Shown here in pieces: positions 28,643 through 38,463 of a stretch of 64,000 nt of DNA (its first letter is position 1; every line of letters begins with the position of its first letter). A program made the translations under genes and the position numbers. This stretch comes from Spirochaetia bacterium (GTDB taxonomy: Bacteria > Spirochaetota > Spirochaetia > SZUA-6 > Bin103), in contig CBDAOI010000004.1 in assembly GCA_965198005.1 (NCBI GenBank), positions 1,728,001 through 1,792,000 of the forward strand, given 5' to 3'. The notes under the pieces are model-generated. The model saw only the letters and a program-made list of their open reading frames with translations, did no database searches and had not been told where the DNA came from.

Positions 28643-29560
28643 CTACTGCAGGGCGAACAGGGCGAACGCGAAGTTGGCGGCCGGCTCGGGCATGTCGGTG
28701 CGGCCCTCCAGGTAGCGCCGTACCTGCTCGGCCGGTGGGACGCTGTCCTGCTCCGTGAAGCCCGCGCGCTGCAGCTCGGTGTTCACCTGCTCGGGCGTGA
28801 ACATGGACCGCATCGGCTCGCCGCGGCGCGCCGCGAACTGGTCGACCTTGTCGGCGAAGCGCAGCGCGTGCTCGGGAATCAGGTGGCGCGGGTACTTGTA
28901 GTCGAACACCAGCCGGCTGCCGGGCGCGGCCACCGCGGCGATGCGGTCGAGGGTGTTGCGGATCGCATCCTGCGTGAGGTAGTAGGTGGTGCCCAGCCAG
29001 GAGAAGAACGCCGGGGTGCCCGAGTCGAAGCCGGCGCTGGTGAGCGCCTCGTCGAGCCGGTCGGTCTCGAAGTCGACCGGCACGAACACCACGTTGGCGG
29101 GGACGCTGCCGTTGATCCCGATGACGCGTTCGCGTTTCATGCTCTGCGACGAGGGGTGGTCCACTTCGAACACGCGCAGCCGGTCGGCCAGCTCTCCCTG
29201 ACGCAGGGTGAAGGTGTCGAGCCCGGCGCCGAGGATGACGTACTGGCCGACCCCGGCGGTCACCGCCTCGCGGAGTTGCTCCTCGGCATAGCGGATGCGC
29301 AGGATGTTCTCGGTATGGATCGGCCGGAACACGCGCAGCAGCAGGTGAACGATCAGCCGGTTCAGCAGCCAGTTGGTGGCGACCAGCCGCCAGAAGGGCG
29401 TCACCATCTCCAGCGCGTATTGGTCGGAGAAGATCGGCGGCCGGTCCCAGCGCAGGTGCGAGCCGCGAATCGCCGCCGCCAGGATCGCCGTCCGGCTGGC
29501 GCCGCGCGCGCCGTCACCGTCCGGCCCGGCGGCGTGTTCCTGCCCGTCGTCGGTAGCCAT
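28643..29560 (-). CDS. Class I SAM-dependent methyltransferase (LCM-like family)
   Basis: SRTA..AA.IR, QYVILGAGLDTF, VFEVDHP, VPVDFE and WLGTTYYL. Confidence 0.9.
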   Translation of the reverse strand: MATDDGQEHAAGPDGDGARGASRTAILAAAIRGSHLRWDRPPIFSDQYALEMVTPFWRLVATNWLLNRLIVHLLLRVFRPIHTENILRIRYAEEQLREAVTAGVGQYVILGAGLDTFTLRQGELADRLRVFEVDHPSSQSMKRERVIGINGSVPANVVFVPVDFETDRLDEALTSAGFDSGTPAFFSWLGTTYYLTQDAIRNTLDRIAAVAAPGSRLVFDYKYPRHLIPEHALRFADKVDQFAARRGEPMRSMFTPEQVNTELQRAGFTEQDSVPPAEQVRRYLEGRTDMPEPAANFAFALFALQ

Positions 29561-29640
29561 GAGTGTGGACAGGGTAGCGGAATCGCTGCGTCCCGTACAG
29601 GGCACGGGGACAGCGGACGCCAAGGGATCCGATATAATAG

Positions 29641-29812
29641 GTCGTCCACCTCGACCTGCTGGTCACGGTGGTACAACGTGATCAACGTGCTCCCGGGAGC
29701 CCGCGGCCCCACGGGGCGGGGCGCTCCGGGCAGCAGCGGTAGCTACGGCTCCGCGGAGGCGTTGAGGCCGACGGGGGTAACGCCAGTTAAAGCCGCAGGG
29801 TCGACCGCGTAG
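29641..29812 (+). pseudogene. Deleted remnant paralog of membrane protein 32287..33471
   Basis: VVHLDLLVT joined to NVINVLPGARG...AAGSTA*, matching about 32551-32577 and 33332-33471. Confidence 0.8.
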
Positions 29813-30012
29813 TATGGAGCCACGCGATGAGTGAAGCGACGACACCACTCGGCAGTTCCCAGCTCGCGCAGATCGGTACGTACGTAAAGGACCACCTGAA
29901 TGGGTGGCTTGCGGAGCGCGGCACCGACAACGACTCGCACGCCGCAGCATCGCAGCATCGATTGTGCGTTTGACAGCGATTCGTGGCGCCACTACGGTGG
30001 CGGGCGCACGGC

Positions 30013-31056
30013 ATGGCGCGCGAGTTGTATCAGCCGCACGACAACCTGTTCCGCAAAGTGTTCTCCAATGCGCCCGAAGCGGCCGGCTTGCTACGCCCGA
30101 ATCTGCCGGAGTGGCTGAGCACCAGGCTGGACTGGTCGACGTTGACCCTGCAGGATCGCAGTTACGTGGACGAAGAGCTGGAGGCCAGCCAGTCCGACCT
30201 GCTGTTCGAGGTGCAGTGGCAAGCGGGTGACGGCCAAGCGGGCGCTGGGCAAGCGGGGGCCGGCGAGGCGGGGAGCGAGCCGCAGCGGCTGTTGCTGTAC
30301 GTGCTGTTCGAGCATCAATCGACGCCGAACCGCTGGATGAGTTTCCGGTTGTTGGAGTACTGTTGCCGTGTCTGGGCGGATGCCCTGCTGGCCGACAAGA
30401 AGCGGCGGGAGTTGCCGCCGATCGTGCCGGTGGTGTTCTACCAGGGTAAGCGGCGCTGGCGGCACGCGCGGGAGTTCGGGGAGTTGTTTGCGGCGGCGGC
30501 ACGGGAGTGGCCGTGGACGCCACGCTTTGAGCATCTGCTGGTGGACCAGTCGCAGGCGGCGGTGGGCGAGGTGCGCGGGGAAGCGCTGGGGCGGGTCGCG
30601 CAGCTTGCGCTGATGGCGGCGGCGCGGCGGCGGGTGAGTGAGGCGCGCGCGGCGTTGCTGATGGCGGCGCAGCACATGGGCGAGTTGGCCAGGAGCGGTC
30701 GGATCGAACTGTTCAGAGCCATCGTGAGGTATGTCATTACGACGCAGGACAAGCAGAACGTGAGGGAGTTCGGCGAGGCGTTGGGGCGGCACGTACCAGG
30801 ACCGGGAGGAGACATGAAGACGTACGCAGAGGAGTTGCTGCAGGAGGGGCTCCAGGAGGGGCTCCGGAAGGGCCGCCAGGAAGGCCGCCACGAGGGCCGC
30901 CAGGAAGGCCGCCAGGAAGGTCAACTTGGCACGATCGAGAGCTTCTTGCGGGCTGGAATCGAGTGGTCGGTCATCGAGGAGGCTACCGGTATCGACCAGG
31001 AAGCCTTCCAGGCACTCCGCCGACGGCTCGAAGAGTCGGATCGGACGACCGAGTAA
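30013..31056 (+). CDS. Rpn-family recombination-promoting nuclease / putative transposase (YhgA-like)
   Basis: PHDNLFRKVF, SDLLF, YVLFEHQS, LPPIVPVVFYQG and C-terminal EGRQEG repeats. Confidence 0.92.
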   Translation: MARELYQPHDNLFRKVFSNAPEAAGLLRPNLPEWLSTRLDWSTLTLQDRSYVDEELEASQSDLLFEVQWQAGDGQAGAGQAGAGEAGSEPQRLLLYVLFEHQSTPNRWMSFRLLEYCCRVWADALLADKKRRELPPIVPVVFYQGKRRWRHAREFGELFAAAAREWPWTPRFEHLLVDQSQAAVGEVRGEALGRVAQLALMAAARRRVSEARAALLMAAQHMGELARSGRIELFRAIVRYVITTQDKQNVREFGEALGRHVPGPGGDMKTYAEELLQEGLQEGLRKGRQEGRHEGRQEGRQEGQLGTIESFLRAGIEWSVIEEATGIDQEAFQALRRRLEESDRTTE

Positions 31057-31334
31057 CCTGAGTTCCCGCGGCAAGCTCCGGCGCGGCGGGGGCAGTCTCG
31101 GAGGCTGTCTCACGGGCGGCCAATGCCGCCGCGTGCACGTGTGCCGGCCGCCGCAGCCGGCACCTGCTCCAGCGCCCGCAGCACCACCGCCCTCACCTCC
31201 GGCAGCAACCGCTCCTGCGGCACCACCATCCCGACTTGGTCCACCCGCAGGCTCAACCCTCGCCGCGCCAGGCACATCTGCGCCTGGGTGATCCGACCTG
31301 GCGCGCCTGCTCGATCAACAGACGCAAGAGATCC

Positions 31335-31510
31335 GACGGTGGCCGTGCGGTCCGGTTTGTGATGTCATGCAGGGGATCGCTTCGCCGAAAGGCCCGAGGC
31401 GCTCATTCGCGCCGCATGGAGGACGGTGGCGAGCAGGAGCGTGAGCTCGCCGCCAAGTACCGCCCGGTCACGGCGGCTGTCGTTCGAATACCCCTATGTC
31501 AGCGCCCTCT
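31335..31510 (+). pseudogene. C-terminal fragment resembling large NTPase/HigA-fused proteins
   Basis: DGxWPCGPVCDVM...RGAHSRRMEDGGEQERELAAKYR...FEYPYVSAL across shifted frames. Confidence 0.45.
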
Positions 31511-31515
31511 TGGAA

Positions 31516-31612
31516 CGCGCCACGAACTGGTCGACCCGATCGGCGAACCGCAGCGCGTGCTCGGGAATCAGGTGGCGCGGGTACTTGTAGTCGAACACCA
31601 GCCGGCTGCCGG
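31516..31612 (-). pseudogene. Remnant copy of the methyltransferase gene
   Basis: About 97 bp nearly identical to 28827..28923. Confidence 0.85.
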
Positions 31613-31662
31613 TCAGGTGGGTGGTTGGCCTCGGGCCGAATTGATACTATTATTGACACCAG

Positions 31663-31881
31663 ATGAAGGATGCCGAGGCCATTGTCGAGACACTTCGTAG
31701 CCGTCCGAACAGCATCCGGTTTTCTGAACTGGTGAACGGCTGTGACAGATTCTTCGGCGAGCCACGGCAGAAGGGGACCAGTCATCTGGTGTACAAGATG
31801 CCGTGGCCGGGTGATCCTCGGGTCAATATCCAGGATGCCGGGGGAATGGCGAAGCCATATCAGGTCCGGTTAGGAGTCTGA
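31663..31881 (+). CDS. hicA: HicA-like toxin (C-terminus possibly shortened)
   Basis: IRFSEL...FFGEPRQKGTSHLVYKMPWPGDPRVNIQ...AKPYQVR. Confidence 0.8.
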   Translation: MKDAEAIVETLRSRPNSIRFSELVNGCDRFFGEPRQKGTSHLVYKMPWPGDPRVNIQDAGGMAKPYQVRLGV

Positions 31882-31882
31882 C

Positions 31883-32203
31883 ATGCATCATCATTACACG
31901 TATCGTATCACATGGTCTGCTGAAGACGCCGAACACGTGGCGCTCTGTGCAGAGTTCCCGTCCTTGAGTTGGCTGGCGCCTACTCCACAGGAGGCCCTGG
32001 CCGGGATACTGGGACTGGTCCGAGATGTCGTTGCAGACCTGCAGGCCAATGGAGAAACCCCTCCCACGCCGCTTGCGGACCGAGCGTACAGCGGCCGGTT
32101 CGTGGTGCGGGTGCCGCCCGAAACCCATCGGACGCTGGTGCTGCAGGCGGCGGAAGAGGGGGTGAGCTTGAATCGGCTGGCGAGCGCACGCCTGGCAAGA
32201 TAG
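31883..32203 (+). CDS. hicB: HicB antitoxin
   Basis: YTYRITWSAED..HVALCAEFPSLSW...YSGRFVVRVPPETHR.L...AAEEGVSLN. Confidence 0.9.
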   Translation: MHHHYTYRITWSAEDAEHVALCAEFPSLSWLAPTPQEALAGILGLVRDVVADLQANGETPPTPLADRAYSGRFVVRVPPETHRTLVLQAAEEGVSLNRLASARLAR

Positions 32204-32286
32204 TCCGATGCGGCGACCGATCACACTTTTCGGGGCAGCGGACGCCAAGAGATTCCGATATGATGGGATAGCTGGTAGGGTTATCC

Positions 32287-33471
32287 ATGCGTCGATCGTG
32301 TTGGCTGGTCAGCGCCCCATACGATCTGTGTTTCATCATCGGCTCGGCGGGCGTGCTGTTCGTGCCGCACGCCATTCACTTGGTGTGGCCAAGCGCCGTC
32401 GTGGTCGATCTGGCCATCGCCGCGGCGATCGGCGGCCCCCACCTGTTCGCCACCTACACGCTGACCTTCATGGAGCCGAACTTCCGGCGCCGCTACCCGC
32501 GCTACACCGCCGGCGCCCTGGTACTGCCGTTGCTGGTGCTGGCCACCGCCATCGTCCACCTCGACCTGCTGATCACCGCATTCTTCTTCCTGGCCGCACT
32601 CCACATCGTCCATCAGGCCGGGTACGTGGCCGACAGCTACCGCGCCAAGCGCCCGGAACCGGCCCGGACCGAGGGGCTGTCCCGCTTGATCGACTACGGG
32701 GTGCTGCTGTCGAGCCTGTTCGTGCTGGCCACCTTCAAGTTCACCGGCGCCAGCCTGCGGATCTTCGGCATGGACCTGAGCGAGCATCACTTCGCCACCG
32801 GCGGCCGCCGCCTGCTGTTTCCCGGCGTGCTCCAGGCGGAGGTGCTGGCGTGGGCGGTGATGGTGCTGTTCGTCCTGTGCGCCGGCGCGTTCGCCGTCAA
32901 GTCCGTGCACGAGGCTTGGCAGCGGCGGCTCAACCTGCCCAAGACCCTGCACATGGTGCTCGCCGCCGGCCTGTTCTTCGTCACCCCCGCCCTGCAGAAC
33001 CTCGACATCGCGTTCCAGGGCCTCAACACCTGGCACTCGTTCCAGTACCTCGCCCTCGTGATCTTCCTCAACCGCTGCCGCCAGGAGCGCGGCGCGATCG
33101 GCTCGCCCCTGGTGGCGCGGTTCGCGACGCGGGGAGCGCGCCTGTATGCCGTGTGTCTGGGGTTCACGGTGGCAACCGCCCTGGTCTACCTCGGGCTGCG
33201 CGGGCTCGTGGTGCTGGTAGACGCCTGGCCGGGCGACCTGATGCAGCACCACTACTTCGCCTTCTACGTTGCCGTGCTGTCCGCCCTGCTGATACACTAT
33301 TACTTTGACCACTTCCTGTTCCTCCGCATCGACAACGTGATCAACGTGCTGCCGGGGGCCCGCGGGGCTTCGGAGCGGGGCAGTCCGGGTAGCGGCGCCG
33401 GTTCTGGGTCCGCGAGACCATTGGGGACGGGGGAGGTAAAGGTGATCGAAGCGGCAGGGTCCACGGCATAG
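32287..33471 (+). CDS. Uncharacterised multi-pass membrane protein with histidine motifs
   Basis: About 10 hydrophobic segments; GPHLFATY, LHIVHQ, WHSFQYL and HYYFDH. Confidence 0.82.
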   Translation: MRRSCWLVSAPYDLCFIIGSAGVLFVPHAIHLVWPSAVVVDLAIAAAIGGPHLFATYTLTFMEPNFRRRYPRYTAGALVLPLLVLATAIVHLDLLITAFFFLAALHIVHQAGYVADSYRAKRPEPARTEGLSRLIDYGVLLSSLFVLATFKFTGASLRIFGMDLSEHHFATGGRRLLFPGVLQAEVLAWAVMVLFVLCAGAFAVKSVHEAWQRRLNLPKTLHMVLAAGLFFVTPALQNLDIAFQGLNTWHSFQYLALVIFLNRCRQERGAIGSPLVARFATRGARLYAVCLGFTVATALVYLGLRGLVVLVDAWPGDLMQHHYFAFYVAVLSALLIHYYFDHFLFLRIDNVINVLPGARGASERGSPGSGAGSGSARPLGTGEVKVIEAAGSTA

Positions 33472-33606
33472 TTGGAAACAGGTTCTCGGCTGATCCACCG
33501 ACTCGCTGGAATCGCGTCGTGGCCGCTACCGCCGCTATGATCGAGTTGCCGCTGACGGAAAACAGTGGTAGCGTCTGGTATACACTAATGCCTGCACCGT
33601 TCGTCC

Positions 33607-34914
33607 ATGTCCGAAACTGAGACCCTGCGAGAGCCCGCGGAGCACGACGACTCCCTCTCGCTGCTCGACTTGGTAGTCGTGCTGGTAACCCACTGGCGGC
33701 TGATCGTCGGCACCACGGTCGTGGGTGGACTGTTGATAATCGCTTACACGATGCTGACCATGTATCTGCCGAGTTCAAGCCGGTTCAATCTGCTCCCCAC
33801 GATATACCGTCCAGAGGCTAAGGTCTTGCTCCGGGATCGCGACTCTACGGCGCTGTCGCGGTTGAACCTCTCACTGGCGGATGCGCAGGACTCGATTCGT
33901 CAGATGGTCATAAGAAACACCGTTGTTGGCCAATTGGGGAGTGGTGCTACATTAGCTCAAGAGCTGCTGGCCGGGCGTACGATCCACGACCAGATCATTG
34001 ACGAATTCAAGTTCATTGAACGGTATGGGTTTACTGACGCCGCGCGCACCCGCGCGCGCAAACTGATTGCGAATTCGTTGCAGTACGAGTACGATGTCGC
34101 ATCGTCCGTGCTGTCCATCGCCTATGAAGACACGGACGCAGATTTCGCATCCGCCGTGCTGGCGCGTACAGTTGAACTGTTAGAGCAGCGGTTTCACACA
34201 CTCTCTATGGAAACCGTGCTACTCAAGAAGCAGCACCTTGAGGAGCGTTTGGCCGTGGCGCTTGCTGATCGTGAGGCTGCGCAGGAGCACTTGGTATCGT
34301 TCCAGCGGGCGTATGGTGAAGGTGTCTTGCAGGTTGGCGCGCACTCCGCCGGGTCGGTCCGGCTACCTACACTGCAGTTACTTACAGATTACAGGCAGCA
34401 ACTGCTGTCGAGGGAGGTAGAGATGGAGTCCCGGCGGGAGTATCTCCCCACGAACGATCCTGGCCTCGTGCAACTACAGGGTGAGATACGGATCTTGCGG
34501 CAGGTGCTCGCCGAGTTGCAGGGTGGATTCCGCTACTTTTCCGCGCAAACCATCCCTCAGGATGAACTGCCGCGTGTAGTGGCCGATTACTTCAACCTGC
34601 GTCGTGACTTGCAGATGCAGGAGGATCACTACCTGCGGCTGCGCGGCGAATACGAGCTGACACGTATCGAGGAAACCGATCCTTCGCGTACGTTCCAGAT
34701 CATTGAGGCGGTCGAAGTACCTGAGGGAAAATACCAGCCGAACCGCGGTCAGACGAGCCTCATCGGAACCTTGATCGTATTGCTAGTGTCGCTCGTTATC
34801 GCTTCCTTTCTTCAGTACCTTTCCCGTGTGCAAACCAACCCTACGGAGGCGGGCAAGTTGCTATCGATCCGAGAGGAAGTCGGCTGGCGCTCTCGGGATC
34901 GTATTCGTAAATAA
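33607..34914 (+). CDS. Wzz/GumC-type polysaccharide chain-length determinant
   Basis: SLLDLVVVL..HWRLI, N- and C-terminal TM helices, a coiled-coil middle and FQIIEAVEVPE.K.QP. Confidence 0.85.
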   Translation: MSETETLREPAEHDDSLSLLDLVVVLVTHWRLIVGTTVVGGLLIIAYTMLTMYLPSSSRFNLLPTIYRPEAKVLLRDRDSTALSRLNLSLADAQDSIRQMVIRNTVVGQLGSGATLAQELLAGRTIHDQIIDEFKFIERYGFTDAARTRARKLIANSLQYEYDVASSVLSIAYEDTDADFASAVLARTVELLEQRFHTLSMETVLLKKQHLEERLAVALADREAAQEHLVSFQRAYGEGVLQVGAHSAGSVRLPTLQLLTDYRQQLLSREVEMESRREYLPTNDPGLVQLQGEIRILRQVLAELQGGFRYFSAQTIPQDELPRVVADYFNLRRDLQMQEDHYLRLRGEYELTRIEETDPSRTFQIIEAVEVPEGKYQPNRGQTSLIGTLIVLLVSLVIASFLQYLSRVQTNPTEAGKLLSIREEVGWRSRDRIRK

Positions 34915-35127
34915 CATGAGATGCCATCCAGCTTCACCAGCAGTCCGTATCGTACACGGTCACTGTGGGTGGCACGGAGCTATCCGTGGTCGTACCTTGT
35001 GATGGAGAGCGTCGAGCCACCGCGTGGGTTTGGGCGCGACCGAGGGCCCCGCCCCCGCCTTAGGTCGTTCCTGATCTGCAATCCCTTTCCTGTTTGGCAT
35101 ACCCACCGGCAACGTGGTGAGCACACG

Positions 35128-36241
35128 GGTGCAGGCCACTCCCGGCGCTCTGCACGCGTTGCGTTACCTCTACGAGGATCGCCCCGACCTGCCCGTCCTC
35201 GCGGCCGGCTCATTACTGGAATTCACGCTCGCCGACCACTCGTTCTCGATGCCGGTAGGCCGTATCGAGTATCTCCACGTTGGACCGATGTCGTTCGCGG
35301 AGTTCCTCACTGCCGTCGACCCGCCACTTGCAGAGCACCTCAACACATTCCAACTTGGCGCTCCCACTGTCGAGGCCACGCATCGTGCTCTCCTGCGTCG
35401 GTTCCGGGTATACCTGCTGATTGGAGGGCTACCCGAGGCGGTATTCGCCTACTTGGAGTCAAGCTCACCACTCGAAGCAACAGCGGTACACCGATCCATC
35501 GCTGCCACCTACGAGGACGACTTCGCCAAGTACGCGAAGGGTCCTCAGCTTGACCGGCTGCAGCGGCTGTTCCGTAGCATACCCCGATCGGTTGGACATA
35601 AGTTTACCTGCCGCACTATTGATCCCGATTCCCGTGCGGAACAGGTGCGCTACGCCGCAGAACTGCTCGTAAAGTGTGTCTGCCACCGCGTCACGCACAG
35701 CCACTGCTCCGGCCTAGCCCTCGGCGCCGACGTCGCCCCCCGTACCTACAAGCTCGTGTTCACGGACGTCGGCCTGATGAATCATGTGTGCGGCATCGAC
35801 ACGCTCACCATCGAGACCATGGACGCCATCCGCCTGGTGAACGAGGGCGGGATCGCCGAACAGTACGTCGGCCAACAACTTGCAGCCTTCGGCGCCGGCG
35901 GTCAGCCCCCCGACCTCCACTACTGGCTACGCCAGGCCAGAACCGGAAACGCCGAGGTCGACTACGTCATCTCCCGCGGCCACTGGATTATCCCGATCGA
36001 CGTAAAGGCGGGCCGCAGCGGCTCCCTCAAGTCGTTGCTTCAGTTCGCCCACGAAAAACGACCGCCCCTGGCCGTGCGCTTCGACACCAACCCGGCGACC
36101 CACCAAACCGTCCTCCACACCATCCGCACCGCCGCCGGCTTGGCCCCCGTCACGCTCCCGCTCGTTTCCCTCCCCCTATACGCCGTCGAAGCACTCCCCC
36201 GGATCCTCGATCACCTCCGCACCGCCGAACCCGCCGTGTAA
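35128..36241 (+). pseudogene. AAA_14 + DUF4143 ATP-binding protein, 5'-truncated
   Basis: Begins just after Walker B (VQATP..LRYLYE..AAGSLLEF); GGLPE, KLVFTDVGL and EVDYV..PIDVKAG; no Walker A. Confidence 0.8.
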
Positions 36242-36524
36242 GCCGCCAGCGGACAGGTCGGCGGAGCGCAGCTCCATCACCGCCGCGCTGCCGTCGGCCA
36301 TCCTTCTGGCCAGGTAGGTGGGTGACCGTTACCGGCGCGCGCGGGTCACTGCGCCGCTCCCGCGCGTGGCGTCAGTTCGCCTTCTGCCAGAACCGGAACT
36401 TCTGCACGTAGCCGCAGTCGTCCGGCAGAGGACCGTCGCCACGGCGTTGCACGCTTGACTGGCGCCGCCCGTACCGACGCCGTTGCGCGTCCCGTTGCCC
36501 GTGTCCGTGCCGCGCTCCAGCACC

Positions 36525-37403
36525 CTACTCCACCGGCGTCCCTTCGAGCATCCCGACCTGCTCGCCGCGCTCGATCAACGACCCGTTGGGCCGGATCACC
36601 CCGTTCACGTTGCCCAGCGTGCCGTAGGTCTTGAACCCGAGCAGCGCCAGCAACTCCGGCGACGCGGTCTCGTACACCTCGTCGAGCAGTGACAGCGTAA
36701 AGTTCTCCTGCGTCCGGATCCACGGCCGGCAGAAATAGCCGAGCAGCAGGTGCCGCTTGCGCTTGGTCCGGTTCATGCCGGTGCCGTGCCAGATGCGGCC
36801 GTCGAACATCAACATCGTGCCCGTCGGCCCGGCGGCGGCGATGCTCTCCACGTCCGGCTTGTCCTGCGGCAGCTCCGGCCACAGGTGACTCCCCGGCACC
36901 AGCCGCGTGCCGCCGTTCTCGTCCGAATGATCCTCCAGCATCCAGGCGGTGTTGACCACCACCCGAAACGGCGTCGAGCGCGGCGCATACCCCTGATCCG
37001 AGTGCAACGGTTGCGGCTCCCCGCCGGGCGCCGCGATGTTCGCGGTAAAGCTGGACAGCATGTAGTCCTCGCCCAACAGCTCCGGCAGCAGCTCGCGCAG
37101 CACCGGATGAAACAGCAGGTCGCGGAAGATCTGCCCCTTGTTCACCAGGTTCCACACCCGCTGATTGAGCTTCAGCTCGCCGTTGTCGAAGTGCCCGATC
37201 CCGGCCGCCGCCTCCCCCGCCCCCTGTGACAGCAACCGCTCCCGGTACGCCCGCACCTGCTCCGGCGTCAGCGCATCCTTGATCAGCGCATACCCCCACC
37301 GCGCAATGTTCTCCCGCGCCACATCCAGATCCGCCGACAGCGCCGGCAGCTCCGGCCGCTCCGCCGGACCTGGCCGCTCCGCGACCTGCACCTTCCCACT
37401 CAC
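36525..37403 (-). CDS. Phytanoyl-CoA dioxygenase (PhyH) family 2OG-Fe(II) oxygenase
   Basis: QPLHSD, NGGTRLVPGSH, FDGRIWHGTG.N and RTQEN. Confidence 0.9.
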   Translation of the reverse strand: MSGKVQVAERPGPAERPELPALSADLDVARENIARWGYALIKDALTPEQVRAYRERLLSQGAGEAAAGIGHFDNGELKLNQRVWNLVNKGQIFRDLLFHPVLRELLPELLGEDYMLSSFTANIAAPGGEPQPLHSDQGYAPRSTPFRVVVNTAWMLEDHSDENGGTRLVPGSHLWPELPQDKPDVESIAAAGPTGTMLMFDGRIWHGTGMNRTKRKRHLLLGYFCRPWIRTQENFTLSLLDEVYETASPELLALLGFKTYGTLGNVNGVIRPNGSLIERGEQVGMLEGTPVE

Positions 37404-37560
37404 CTGCTCATCTCCCGTACGTCCTCCGCCATCATATCCTCTCCCCCCCTCCACGGACCAGCCACGGACAGCAAAACCAGCACGACAGCCAACCCCACAG
37501 CCAAACCCGACAGAGTAGACGTCTGCCTAGTCACCTGATGAGAGATTTCAGACCTGTCCC

Positions 37561-37598
37561 TTGACAATAGCTATTTATATACATATATCGATAGCTAT
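37561..37598 (+). promoter_or_regulatory. Putative sigma70 promoter with two palindromic operators for the TA operon
   Basis: TTGACA-17 bp-TATATC; palindrome ATAGCTAT at 37567-37574 and 37591-37598. Confidence 0.6.
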
Positions 37599-37848
37599 GA
37601 AAGTCGTACAGTTGACGATGGATCCGGAACTCATATCGCGTGTGGACGACGTAGCCAAGAGACTCAGCACGACCCGCTCGGCTTTTGCCCGCGCAGCGTT
37701 GCGAGCCGCCCTGGAACGCTACGAGGAGGCCGAACTGGAGGCACGTCATAGAGCGGGCTATCAGAGACTCCCGCCGGAGCCTGATGAGTTCGCGATCCCC
37801 GAACAGGATCGCGCGTGGGGTGATGACCGCGGAATCGACACGTGGTGA
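37597..37848 (+). CDS. CopG/ribbon-helix-helix antitoxin
   Basis: MKVVQLTMDPELISRVDDVAKRLSTTRSAFARAALR; overlaps the MazF-type toxin. Confidence 0.85.
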   Translation: MKVVQLTMDPELISRVDDVAKRLSTTRSAFARAALRAALERYEEAELEARHRAGYQRLPPEPDEFAIPEQDRAWGDDRGIDTW

Positions 37849-38162
37849 GGCGCAGCGAGGTACGCTGGTACCGTTTCGCCCGCCCGGACAAGCGCAGACC
37901 GGTTCTCGTCCTGACGCCCGACTCCATCATCCCCTATCTCGGGGAGGTGACCGTTGCGCCAATAACCACCACCATCCGCGGCACCCCGAGCGAAGTCCCC
38001 CTCTCTGCCGACGACGGGATGCCGCGCGCCTGTGCCGTGAACTGCGACCACCTGCAAACCGTGCAGCGCGGCAAACTCGGCGCGATCGTTACGACCTTGC
38101 CGGCCTCCGCCATGGTTCGGGTGGCGCAGGCGATTCGATTCGCCCTCGCCCTCCGGTTTTAG
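37842..38162 (+). CDS. PemK/MazF-family toxin
   Basis: DKRRPVLVLT, VTVAPITTT and NCDHLQTV. Confidence 0.9.
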   Translation: MVRRSEVRWYRFARPDKRRPVLVLTPDSIIPYLGEVTVAPITTTIRGTPSEVPLSADDGMPRACAVNCDHLQTVQRGKLGAIVTTLPASAMVRVAQAIRFALALRF

Positions 38163-38200
38163 TCGACAAGCCGACCTACTCCACATATATTGATGCTGCT

Positions 38201-38443
38201 ATGCCAACGCCCGCCTCAGGCCGTGTTCAGCAAGAACCTGCAGCTCTACGTGCTGCGGCACTACGCCCTATCCAAATCTGGGTTCCAGATACCAGACGAT
38301 CAGGATTTGCCGAGGAATGCCGCCGCCAGGCGGCGGTGGTCGCCCAGGCCGACGCTGCAGACCACAGTCTCAATGCTCTACTTGACGCGGCACTTCAACA
38401 TGTGCCGGCCTCGTTTCACCCTCGGACGCTGCACCGCTCCTGA
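38201..38443 (+). CDS. DUF3018/MazE-like antitoxin, orphan and possibly degenerate
   Basis: LRAAALRPIQIWVPDTRRSGFAEECRRQA. Confidence 0.7.
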   Translation: MPTPASGRVQQEPAALRAAALRPIQIWVPDTRRSGFAEECRRQAAVVAQADAADHSLNALLDAALQHVPASFHPRTLHRS

Positions 38444-38463
38444 GCCTCGCTCGTTCGAACGGT

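Noticed and set aside
30838-30920. CAGGAAGGCCGC-type tandem repeats
   Set aside because: These are coding EGRQEG repeats normal for Rpn/YhgA C-termini.
31090-31300. Possible IS terminus (GAGGCTGTCTCA) and transposase tail
   Set aside because: No partner inverted repeat or recognisable catalytic motif.
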